In this document: one piece after another, positions 13,073-24,734 of the stretch
How positions within the stretch are numbered: position 1 is the first letter of the stretch
Layout of the letters: each line of letters begins with the position of its first letter
Origin: Eledone cirrhosa
Lineage: Eukaryota
NCBI GenBank assembly: GCA_964016885.1
Contig: OZ024743.1
Coordinates: 51,522,001 to 51,586,000 of the forward strand
Length of the DNA stretch: 64,000 bases
Direction of reading: 5' to 3'
Notes under the pieces: generated by a model
Database searches by the model: none
What the model saw: the letters and a program-made list of their open reading frames with translations, nothing else
What the model was told of the DNA's origin: nothing
Program-made: the position numbers and the translations under genes

Positions 13073-13760
13073 TGCGTCTTTTGTGTGTGTGGACATAAAT
13101 ATATATAACACACACAGTCACAGTACGTCTTGTGTGAAAGAGAGAAAGAGACGTAAGGTTGAGGAAAGGGGAGAGTTGAACAGTGTGTAAAGAATAGATA
13201 AATAAATAAAAGTTAAAGTTCCTCACTCTCTTTCTTTCTCAACCCCTCTCTCCCTTTTTTCTCATACCCTCTCTCTCATTCTCACTCATACCCCCTCTCT
13301 CTCTCTTCCTCTACAGAATGGAGAACAATAAAGAATGCGCAGATCTCCCCCCCCCCTCTCTCTGTCTTTATATATATATATATGTGTTTGTGTGTGTGTC
13401 GCCATTCTCTCTCTCTCTATCTGAATATCTTGTACCTCTCTCTGTATAACGGCCTATCTCACTCTCTCTCTCTCTCTACATCTCCCTTTTTCTCTTTAGA
13501 TGTATATGTATATATATATGTGTGTGTGTGTGTGTGTATCAATGACGTGTTCGTCAGAATGTCGTTATGCAGACACCAGACATACAGACAGATATTATAA
13601 GGGCTCGATAGAGATCGATTTAACAACAGAAAATTGAAAAATAAAACTGCAGTTAGTATCTTTAGACCGCAAGGAATATATAAATGCAAATTTGAAGTCA
13701 ATCGGAGTAGAAATGTGGATTTGTATAGACTTTGCAAAAATGAGGACACACAGACATCAG

Positions 13761-13770
<10 letters not shown>
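12099..13770. mobile_element. Probable non-autonomous Helitron/Helentron-type fragments interleaved with microsatellites
   Basis: ACTAG start, short IR (12103-12116 / 12621-12636) and repeated AAGTTT.GTGAAAAT(C)GG motifs followed by ACAC/ACAG microsatellites, as in DINE-1/Lep1-like elements. Confidence 0.4.
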
Positions 13771-13797
<27 letters not shown>

Positions 13798-14450
13798 GAA
13801 TAATCGAGAATCGGAATATCAGCCCACGAAATCACGATAAACAATATCCGATATATGTGGCAGAGGGCTCAATAATTTGGAAAAATCAGAGCTATAACTA
13901 TCATTAAAATACCAACACATAGAGATCATGCCTAAAATCACCCGTGCAGCCGAAAAAGAACGACCAGGAAGATTCGGGTCACTCAAATAAAATATCAATA
14001 AATTAATAAATTAAATGAATGTAAAAAACTCACCCGGACCCGCTAGAAAGATGTTAAATCTAGCTTCTTGGGTTTCTGCAATTCCTTAATCCAATCACTA
14101 TCAGCCCACATAAAAAAATATATAAGACTTCTAGAGAAGGGATGAACGCGGAAAGGCTTCTTCAACGAGTATTTCGTTCCATAATACAGAGAGGACCCAA
14201 AGCCAAAAATGCACATGGTATTCAGCAAGGGAGGGAACCCCTATATTAGCGAAAGAATTCGGTGATGTGTAAATTATGTAAGAATACAAATTATCACATA
14301 TCGAATCAGAGTGCTCAACAGACGTGTTAAAATAAACAAGAGCTATTCATCAGTCAATAGGATCAACAAAAAAATCATCAATAAAATTAACTGGTCAATA
14401 GCTAAGGTCTAGAGCTAAATATAGTAGAATATATATATATATATATATAT

Positions 14451-14620
14451 CATCATCACCATCACCACCACCATCACCATCATCATCTTCATCATCATCT
14501 TCATCATCTTCTTCATCATCTTCATCATCTTCATCTTCATCATCATCATCATCATCATCATCATCTTCATCATCTTCATCATCTTGTTCTTGTTCTTCTT
14601 CTTGTTCTTCTTCTTCTTCT
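14451..14620. repeat. (CAT)/(CAC)/(CTT) trinucleotide repeat
   Basis: Directly visible. Confidence 0.95.
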
Positions 14621-15252
14621 TAGGAATAGATAGCTATGGATGTATAGAAAATGGAAGAATAGGTAGTTTGATAAAAAACAGAAAATACTACAGTGAGAAC
14701 ATCTAAAACAATAGTGTTTCACTTAACCTAATACTAAACTATTTATTTACTACATTCAATAAATATACTGTCTATTATTTACATGTAATTCTAAACTATT
14801 TTGTTGTTGGGTGATTAAACAGTGAAGTGTAAATAAGTTAAAATCAAGACAAGTAACAAATCTTTAACCATAAATATTCACATTGAATTTCCTCTGAATT
14901 ATAATAGTATTGTTATATTATTATCCAAATAACAAATTAGTTAACTGTTGTATTCCTCTCGGTACTCGCAGAGAAAACACGAGTTATATCAAATAATTTG
15001 TGTAATTTGCGAAACAACCAAAACGCCCCTCCTCGCAGTAGCAGAATAACATAAAGTAAGCAAGTAGCAGTCTGTGACAGAGTTTTTAATACTAACGCTG
15101 ACTGACTGCCCAGGTCACGTGATTCATATGCAAATGTGTGAGCACGTGTAAATTGAATAGAAATTTAACAGTCCATACAACAATGAGGTTGTGAGTTCGA
15201 TTTCCAGTCCATACAACACCTCCCCACCGAAATTGATGCGACTAAAGAAGCA

Positions 15253-18071
15253 TCAACAGCAAAGTCTCTCTGGGGGTTTACGAGTTCTCTTGGACCGTCT
15301 TCGATTGTCTGGTCCATACTCTGGAACGAGCAATAAGGTCTTGGGTCTGGTCTGTCTTGGAGTTAGTGGCACGATTTCCGAGATCTCCATCGGGTGATCT
15401 GTTGCAAATTCAAAAACAGTGTCTACTGCATCACCAGGTTCATTGTCTTCCTCAGTAGTGTACCGCGGTTGCAGCTGTTCCCAGTGTCGTCTCCACACCG
15501 GGCCATGAGGTATGACCTTAACGTTGAAGCAGCGAGTACCCAATGACTTCTTAATGATTGCTGGTACCCATCGGGGATCTTTGTCTCGGCGAGGTCCGTA
15601 GTACAGTGCATACACAGGATCTCCAGCCTTGTACTGCCTGATAACCTTAGCGACACCTGCCGAGTCCGGAGTCATCTGAGACTTATATGCTTCCTTAGAC
15701 TGCTTGCCTTGAGCGATGTGTGCTGGCGAGGGCAGCAGAGAATGAATCCTTGTCCGTATCTGCCGGTGATTCAAAAGTTCACTCGGAGAGAATCCACTGG
15801 ATGTCGGTGTTCTCCGGTACTGCATCAAGAACTCTTGAAGTGCTCGTTTCGGCGGAAGAGAAGTCTTCCTCAGAGCTTGTTTGAAGGTCTGCACCAAACG
15901 GTCCGCTGCTCCGTTAGTAGCTGGGTGGTAAAGTGCCCCTGTCAGGTGCATGATCCCACGTTCTTTGCACCAGCTCTGGAACTCCTCAGAAATAAAAGTT
16001 GGTGCGTTATCGGTGACTAGCGTGTGAGGAAATCCGAAGTGCGTAAAGTCTTCTTCAAGCAGATCTAAAGTGGCTCTGGAGGACGTGGATGACGTAGGAT
16101 GAATGCATGGATACTTGGAATAAGCATCCGTGATCACCAACCAATTACTGCCCATGAAATTTATTGCGTGGTCCAGGTGTAAGCGGCTCCATGGCTTTTC
16201 AGGTAACATCCATGGGTGAACTGGAGACTTGGATGGCTGGTTTTGATGTTCACCACACGAATCACATTGTCGACTGGTTTTCTCTATAGCAGCATCGTTA
16301 CCAGGACAATAAACAGCAGTTCTTGCCAATTGTTTCATGCACTCCATGCCAAAGTGTCTGAGATGCAGAAGATTGAGGATCTTTGGCTGTAGGTTATGTG
16401 GAATCACAACTCTCGATCCATGAATAAGGCATCCGTGGCAGATACTTAGTGAATCCGATAACTTCCGGGAACTTATTGACTTCGTCATTGATCTCAGTAT
16501 TCTTTGGTGGCCAGCCTTCACGGACGTAGCGTATCACTGTAGATATCACTGGATCTTTCCCTGACTCTTGACAGAGGACGTTAGAATCGATAGGTTGGAC
16601 TTGAAGACTGAGAGCTTTGATGGCGCACACCATGTCCATGTCTTCACCATTTTCCTTCCTGTCAAAGTCGATGTCATTACCAAATGGCAAGCGACTGAGG
16701 GCATCTGCATTGCCATGATCCGCTATTTTCCGATATTCGATGGTGTAGTCAAACTGGTTCAGCCACAGGGCCCACCGTGCTAGTCGGTTAGCAGCGAGAA
16801 GTGGCGTCCCTTTCCTCAGACTGAACAGTGATGTCAGTGGCTTGTGGTCAGTTACGAGTATAAACTGATGTCCGTACAGATACTGATAGAACTTCTGCAA
16901 GCCAAATATGATGGCCAGGGCTTCCTTTTGAATTTGGCTGTAGTTACGCTGTGCAGAAGTAAGAGTCTTGGACGCATTGGATATTGGGCGCTCGCTTCCA
17001 TCAGGATAGCGATGAAACAGGACTGTACCAATACCAACGTTTGACGCGTTGCAAGCCAGTCCCAAAGTTTTGTTTGGATCGAAGTGTATCGGAACTCGAT
17101 CCGATGAAAGCACATTTTTCAACTGATCGAAAGCTGACTGTTCTTCATCTCCCCACTTCCAAGTAGTCGTTTTTTTCGTAAGGCAATAGAGTGGCTCTGC
17201 CATGCTGGCCAGGTTTGGGATAAACTTTCCATAGAACTGAATTGAACCCAGGAAAGACTTCAAGCTTGAGACGTTCGTTGGAGGTGGCATCTTTAAAACT
17301 GATTCGACCTTGGATCCCTTTGCGACCCCTTCAGCCGACAAGGTGTGTCCAAGGTATTCCACACTGGGTAGTGCAAACTGGCACTTGTCACGGCGACATC
17401 TGAGTCCTTTGTCGCACAGACGTGTGAGCAGACACTTTAGGTTGTTCAGGTGATCGTTTGCATCTTTCCCACCGACGAGCATGTCGTCCTGGAAGACGGC
17501 CACACCAGGTAGATCTTGAGTCAGGTTTTCCATGATCTCCTGAAAGTAACCAGGTGCTGACTTGATTCCGAAAGGGAGTCGTTCCTGCAGGAGCACCCCA
17601 CGGTGAGTGCTGAGTGCAAGCCTGCGTTGACTTTCTGGAGCCAGCTTGATCTGCAAGATCAATCTTTGTGTATCCTCCGAGCTTCTGCATCAGTTCCTCT
17701 GGGAGTGGCATTGGATGACGATGATCTGCAAGTTGGTCATTAATTCCCACAGAGTAGTCACCACAAATCCGTAGTTTGGGCTTCAGGTTGCCTGAAGTAT
17801 GTGCTTTACGAATCGGTACCACTGGCGTTCCGTATTCGTTGAACTGTACTGGCTTCCAGATTCCTTTGGCGATGCCTTCTTCGTAACCTTTGACCAGGTC
17901 ATCATGAAGAGCAAACGGGACCGGGTGTGCCTTGTGAAAGACCGGTGTCGCGTCCGACTTGAACTTCACTTCCAGTTCGAAGTCATTAAGACATCCCAAT
18001 TCTTGCTTGAAGAGATCTGGGAATTCATCACACGTTGTGACAATCTCGTTGCATGGAAATATAGGGCTCAT
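15253..18071 (-). pseudogene. Gypsy pol: RT, RNase H and integrase, split by frameshifts
   Basis: LRICGDY, RLPFGIKSAP, FQDD, YLGH; RNase H 'YSQIQKEALAI...TDHKPL'; integrase HHCC, LHLD, VTDNAP. Breaks near 17655 and 16460. Confidence 0.92.
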
Positions 18072-19491
18072 TTGAGGTCTTTGGATGCATCACTTCTGCA
18101 CCCTCACTCTTGGCCTGGCTGTCTATACTTTTCAATCCTAGAGCATTGTCCACGGAAATTCCCAGAGTCTGGATAGCGTTTCGTCCCAGCAAATTAAGAT
18201 CAGGGATCTTGGTGACGATGTAGGGTATTGAATTCCGTTTACCGGTCGTTGGATCCTTGGTTTGGCCCATGAAAGTTCCCAGAACGGGCAGGTCGTGCTT
18301 GCTGGCAGATTCAAACCGATGTTTGACATCTTGCAGCTTCGGTTTTCCTAATTGTTTCCAAACTGACAAGGAAACAAAATTGCCTGTAATAGCTGTGTCC
18401 AATTCCATTATGAAAAGTCTGTTCTGGATTGTTATTGGCACATTCAAACTATGAGTATCGTGGGGAACTTCACCAAGGATCGCCTTGACTAGCTCATCTT
18501 TCGTGATTCTTTTCACGTAATTCTGTGAGCGATGATTACGTTGCTGATGTTGTTTCTTTCTACACACCGCTTGCAAATGTCCCTTTTTGTCACAAAAATG
18601 ACATTTGGCTTCTTTGAAGGGGCAGTCTGTTGCTTTGTGGGCCTTTCCACATCGGTAGCACATCTCCTGGTCTGTGGAATAAGACTGCTGATAGTTCTTT
18701 CGAGGACCCTTGTTCTTGTTCTGCTGGACCTTGTAGACTTGCTTGGTTTTGGAACCATAAACAGTTTCCTTGGCAACCTTTGCTGCGTCTTCGGTCCCGA
18801 TGGCAACTTGGACAGCACGGGCGAAATCTAGTTCTGTATCCTTGATCTTGAAAATAGCCTTCAACACAGCTTCATTATTGACAGAACATATAAATCTCTG
18901 TCTTAGAGCTTCATCTTGTGGATTTGTGATCGAAGGAAAATCACAGGTAGCTGCATCCTGACGTATACGTGCTGCCAGCTCCTGGAGAGTTTCGCCTGGC
19001 TTCCGTTGCATGTCACTCCAGAACTTGAAACGTTCTCTCACAATGAAAAGTTTTGGGTCGAACTGTTCTTTCATGAAGTCAACAATTTCGTCCATTGTCA
19101 ACTTGTTGATATTCTTAGGCGGATTTTGTTGAGCAGCCAGATTTGCAAGTTGTTTGTAGATAGCAGCCGTCTGATTAGTCAGGAATACTTGTGCCATGCG
19201 TTGCTCGGGTACAGCGTTAGCAGCCACAAACGTGCAGAATCTTGACCAGTAATCAGGCCATAGTTCTGTTGTTGAATCAACAGCAGCAAATGGTGGGATG
19301 AATGCTGTTGGTGTCGAAGCAACTGGCGACGCCAATAAACTCTGTTGTTCAGAATCTCGAGCACCAAACAGTTTTATCAGAGTGTCCATATCTTTCTTGT
19401 GTTGTTGCATTTGTTGTTCCTGTTGTTGCATTTGTTGTTCCATCTGTTCTCTAAACAACTTTATTAGCTCCGCTGTTTGTTGTTCCGCCAT
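18028..19491 (-). pseudogene. Gypsy gag (two CCHC knuckles) + aspartic protease
   Basis: CYRCGKAHKATDC...CHFCDKKGHLQAVC and protease motif ELDTAIT. Frameshift into pol near 18030. Confidence 0.9.
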
Positions 19492-19514
19492 GTTTTTGTG
19501 ATAAACAATTTCCC

Positions 19515-19844
19515 GGCAATGTAGGTAAATCCTATCGGCAATGTAGGTAAATCCTATCGGCAATGTAGGTAAATCCTATCGGCAATTTAGGTAAATCCTA
19601 TCGGCAATGTAGGTAAATCCTATCGGCAATTTAGGTAAATCCTATCGGCAATGTAGGTAAATCCTATTGGCAATTTAGGTAAATCCTATCGGCAATGTAG
19701 GTAAATCCTATCGGCAATTTAGGTAAATCCTATCGGCAATGTAGGTAAATCCTATCGGCAATGTAGGTAAATCCTATCGGCAATGTAGGTAAATCCTATC
19801 GGCAATTTAGGTAAATCCTATTGGCAATGTAGGTAAATCCTATC
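19515..19844. repeat. 15 x 22-bp tandem repeat in the Gypsy 5' leader
   Basis: Unit GGCAAT(G/T)TAGGTAAATCCTAT(C/T). Confidence 0.95.
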
Positions 19845-20170
19845 GGCGACGCCAATAAACTCTGTTGTATTCCTCTCGGTACTCGCAGAGAAAACACGAG
19901 TTATATCAAATAATTTGTGTAATTTACGAAACAACCAAAACGCCCCTCCTCGCAGTAGCAGAATAACATAAAGTAAGCAAGTAGCAGTCTGTGACAGAGT
20001 TTTTAATACCAACGCTGACTGACTGCCCAGGTCACGTGATTCATATGCAAATGTGTGAGCACGTGTAAATTGAATAGAAATTTAACAGTCCATACAACAA
20101 TGAGGTTGTGAGTTCGATTCCCAGTCCATACAACATTAACAAACAATAGATGTGTATGTATACATATACT

Positions 20171-20955
20171 ATCATCATCACCATTTTACGTCCATTTTTT
20201 CATGCTAGCATGGATTAGACAAGTTGTCCTGTTGTGGGCAATGCTAGCTCCGGTGACCTTGTCTTGCTCATACAGAACTGATTTTGACTTGGTTTCTACA
20301 GCTGGATGCCCTTCCCACCGCCAATCTCATTTACAGTGAGTACTGGGTGCTTTTTTGTCATGACGCCTACATGACCACTTTACAGTATGGACTGGGTGCT
20401 TTTTGTTGTCACCAACATGACCACTTTACAGTGTGGACTGGGTGTTTTTTGTTGTTTCCCCTGCACGACCACTTTACAGTGTGGATGGTGCTTTTTGTCG
20501 TGTCACCAACACGACCACTTTACAGTGTGGACTGGGTACTTTTTGTCGTGTCACCAACACGACCACTTTACAGTGTGGACGGTGCTTTTTGTCGTGTCAC
20601 CAACACGACCACTTTACTGTGTGGATGGTGCATTTTGTCGTGTCACCTACATGACCACTTTACAGTGTGGGCTGGGTGCTTTTTGTCATGTCACCAACAC
20701 GACCATTTTACAGTATGGACTGGGTGCTTTTTGTTGTTCCCCTGCACGACCACTTTATAGTGTGGACGGTGCTTTTTGTCGTGTCACCAACACGACCACT
20801 TTACAGTGTGGGCTGGGTGCTTTTTGTTGTTTCCCCTGCACGACCACTTTACAGTGTGGACGGTGCTTTTTGTCGTGTCACCAACATGACCACTTTACAG
20901 TGTGGACTGGCTTTAGCCGTACACAACCACCTTACAGTGTAGGTTGGGTGTTTTG
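20171..20955 (-). mobile_element. RTE-B 3' UTR-derived element with a 12-13 x 46-48-bp minisatellite (20369-20940)
   Basis: Tail and GGAAGGGCATCCAGCTGTAGAAA module on the minus strand. Repeated ACGACCACTTTACAGTGTGGAC(T)GGGTGCTTTTTGT units. Confidence 0.85.
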
Positions 20956-21211
20956 TATGTATATATGTAAGTATGTATATATATATCACAATTTCCATAA
21001 TTTTCTGTTGATTTTTTTTCAATTTTGGCATGGGTTGATATATATAGACAGAGAAAATAAAATGTACTTCTGTTTTTTCATCATTGTCTCTATGTAACCG
21101 GAACCTTCCAGCTTTCCGACAGAAAGAATTCTTATAAGTATAGGACACATCCACACATACTTTTCACATTTTATTCTCTCTCTTTCTGTGGGTGTGATCA
21201 TTATCATTTTT

Positions 21212-21266
<55 letters not shown>

Positions 21267-22569
21267 CAATATGTTTATCTATTTCTCTAGCTTAATATGT
21301 TTATCTCTCTATATCACCTCATATTACTTTTTCTCTCCCCCACACTTCCACTCGTTCCCAATCCCTCATCTACTCTCTTCCCCCATAAATTCTCATTAGA
21401 TGCTCTATTTCTTCAATAAGATTATATTCCACCCCCTCGGTGTTTATGTGTCTGTGCATATATATATATATATATATATATCTCCCACCCCACCATTGTA
21501 TATAATTGAATAGAATATAGAGACTGATACAATTTACCAAAGTAAGACCTGTAATCATCGTATGATGCAAGATATGTGTCAGTGTTTATGTATGTATGCA
21601 TATTTTACCATAAGAAATGTGTATATGTGCATTTTTTATGCAAGTGTATTTTAATGGAATGTGCATATGCCCCTATATATAACGTGTGTGTGTTTACATA
21701 TACCTTTATGTACATACACAACATATGATTGTATTTCCATATTTGTTGTATTTCTTAACCAAATGATATTGGATTGAGGCACCTTTGATTTTTTTAGCTT
21801 ATCAAATAGTATGTAGAAGAATAAGAAGAGAATATATGAGACTATAACATATAGGGCAGTAACAACATAACACAATATAACTACATAACACAATATAACT
21901 ACCAGCATCATTGTTTTTACTGGTGTTGGGTGAGATTGTCACAGTCTGAAGATAACAGGACCTCACCTTGTTGTAATATTGTTATATATATATATTTGAC
22001 AAGTTAAAATATCCAACACCTCTCTATACAATATGTGTTGTGTTGTCACTGTTTTATATATTATGTGTTGTGTTGTTATTGGCAGAATCTCGAAGCCATT
22101 CGACAAAATGCTTCATTGCATTAATTATGGCTCTTTACATTCTGAGTTGAAATCCTGTCAAGATTAACTTTGCCTGTCATCCTTCTGAGATGGATAAAGT
22201 ACCAGTCATGTACTGGAGTCAAAATAATTGACTCCACCCCTCTCCAAATTGCTGCCCTTCTACCTAAATTAAAGATCAATGTTATGTTGTTCTTCTAAAA
22301 CAGAGTTAATAAACAAATAAAAATGATAAACTAAAACAATGTAAAATAAAAATAGAAAGAAGCTACCAAGGATATCATCTCCATTTTTGTATTATAGCAA
22401 AAAAATTAAAAGAATCTAAAAAAAATTTAACTAAATCAATCAATAAGTATGTTTCCTAATCAATATTGTCAAAGATATTCCACAAAATTCCTGCCTCTCA
22501 GCTTTAATCTCACTTCTTTTACATCTAGTTTCTCTTTTTTATTATTATCACTCAATGTTGTTCTTCTCA

Positions 22570-23310
22570 ATAACAACAACAACAATATCAAAAGCAACAG
22601 TAACAACACCACCACCATGAACAGTAGCACCACCACCAACAACAACAGTACCACCACCACCAACAACAACACCAACACCAACAACACCAGTACCACCAAC
22701 AACAGTACCACCACCAACACCACCACCAACACCACCACCAACAACAGTACCACCACCAAGACCAACACCACCACCAACACCACCACCACCACCAATAACA
22801 GTAACACCACCAACACCACCACCACCAATAAGAACACCACCAATAACACCAACACCACCAACACCAGCACCATCACTAACAACATCACCAACACCACCAG
22901 CACCACCAACACCACCAACACCACCAACACCACTACCACCACCACCAACAACAACACCACCACCACCACCAACACCAATAAGAACATCACCAATAACACC
23001 ACCAACACCACGACCAACAACACCACCACCACCAATAACAGTAACACCACCACCACCAATAACAGTAACACCACCAACACCACCACCACCAATAAGAACA
23101 TCACCAATAACACCACCATCACCAACAACACCACCAACACCACCAACACCACGACCAACAACACCACCACCACCAATAACAGTAACACCACCACCACCAC
23201 CACCAATAACAGTAACACCACCAACACCACCATCACCAATAACAGTAACACCACCACCACCATCACCAATAACAACAACAGTAACACCACCACCATCACC
23301 ATCAATAACA
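22570..23310. repeat. (AAC/ACC)n low-complexity trinucleotide tract
   Basis: Directly visible; produces spurious poly-N/T and poly-V/L ORFs. Confidence 0.9.
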
Positions 23311-23653
23311 TGTTTTGTTTGAAGATTAATTCAGTTTCCTTCCATTAAACTAGAAGTCAATTTTAGTGATGCTTTCTTTAGAATTTTAAGTAAGATGAGA
23401 TTCTGTTTTATACTCATATATCATCTTCTCATTGTCATCATTGCACATTGTCATCACTTTTGTCATTTTATGTCTGGTTCCTATGCTGGTATGGGTTGGC
23501 TGGCTTGTCAGGGGTGGAGACCAGACAGTTCAAATACCATTCCTTGCTTATACTTTCCATATTTTGGCATAGTTTCTATGGTTGGATGTCCTTTCTAGCT
23601 CCAACTGTGCACACACACACCCACACAGCCACTTACACATGCACATAGATATA

Positions 23654-23728
23654 TGTACTATACATGCACCTTTGATGAATTGTAGTGCACCTGAGCACTG
23701 TACACAATCATTTCATTATTATTATTAT
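23654..23728 (+). mobile_element. CR1-type LINE extreme 3' end
   Basis: TGTAGTGCACCTGAGCACTGTACAC...(ATT)n, the same 3' UTR as the 2181 and 59290 copies. Confidence 0.75.
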
Positions 23729-23760
23729 ACATTCTATGTGAATTGCTACTACAAGGTTTG

Positions 23761-24138
23761 TTAACCCTTTCATTAACATACTTCTAATGAAAGACACTGA
23801 CTGGTTTTCAAATAATTTGAAAATAAAGAATTTAATATCTTTCTCACCTGGAGTTTTTTTTATATAAAATTATGATGGAATGTTTTTAGATAAATACAAG
23901 CAATTTAACCTTTTCATTAACATATTTCTACCGAAAGATACTGCTCATGATTTCAAAATTATTTTGAAAATAATCAATAAATTGGTGGGTTTAATAATAT
24001 AACTAACTTTCTCATTATTAAGCTGGCATTTGAAACATAACAAAGGTTCTTTGATAAATATATATACACTTTAAAATAAACATCTTAGTATCCTAGAATC
24101 AGGGGTGGTTTCAGCCAGGTTGGTATCAAAAGAGTTAA
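23761..24138 (+). mobile_element. Tandem TTAA-flanked (piggyBac-like) MITE copies
   Basis: TTAACCCTTTCATTA starts at 23761 and about 23905; ends AAAAGAGTTAA. Relatives at about 7569, 59198, 60171-60423 and 1371-1503 (-). Confidence 0.6.
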
Positions 24139-24734
24139 TTCATGTCTATTGAAAGCCACCAGTGTTGCATCTATATATAAAAATGAAACCATTATCAGAC
24201 TTTTACAGACTTCAGTTACAATTCTCTGTGTACAACAAAATCTGTGTGTTTGTCTATGAAATCTCTTTTGTGAAAATTTTACAAAATATCTGAAGAAATC
24301 ATGCTAAAATTAGAAAGTATGAGCAAAATGTGGTCTCAACACTCCTCACCCCTGACCTATCCTGTCTGAAATGGAAAAAAATGAAGTATACACAGCTCCC
24401 ATCTATGTAGATTTAGCTGGCCTCATACAAGGTTGGATTTCATAGGTTTCTTGGGTGTTTTAAGGATAGGTGCCCCAATTTTATAATTTTCTTATTGTTA
24501 CAGTTCACATCTATGCAGGTTCAGCTGGGCTTCTATAGGTTTCTTGAATGTTTTAATGAGGGGCCCAAATCCTCTCTTGATAAGTAATGTGAACTGAGTG
24601 TCTTGCTCAAGAACATAATGTGGCACCTGATCCAGAAATCTATTCCACAGTTTTATGTTCATGGTAGACATGGGCTCCATAAACTGTAATGAAGGTAAAC
24701 AATCTAGGAGAGTAGACACTCCAAATAAAAGCTA

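Larger units (their letters stand above)
14946..20135 (-). mobile_element. Complete Ty3/Gypsy (Mag-like) LTR retrotransposon, defective
   Basis: 273-bp LTRs (14946-15218, 19863-20135) bounded by TGTTGTAT...ATACAACA, differing at 3 positions. 5-bp TSD TTAAC. PPT TCGGTGGGGAGG at 15219-15230. tRNA-Ser-like PBS TGGCGTCGCCGATAGGATT. Domain order gag-PR-RT-RH-IN. Confidence 0.97.

Noticed and set aside
14290-14360. Minus-strand CTGATGA as a hammerhead
   Set aside because: No GAAA/stem III/NUH or stem I partner could be placed.
15115-15150. Octamer ATGCAAAT and two CACGTG E-boxes in the LTR
   Set aside because: Short motifs with no functional evidence from sequence alone.
20369-20940. CRISPR-like appearance of the 46-48-bp array (also 19515-19844 and 6189-6636)
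   Set aside because: No unique spacers, no cas genes, eukaryotic context, and the units derive from retroelement UTRs.
22449-23348. 299-aa N/T-rich and 280-aa V/L-rich ORFs
   Set aside because: Translations of a trinucleotide tract, with no splice or homology support.
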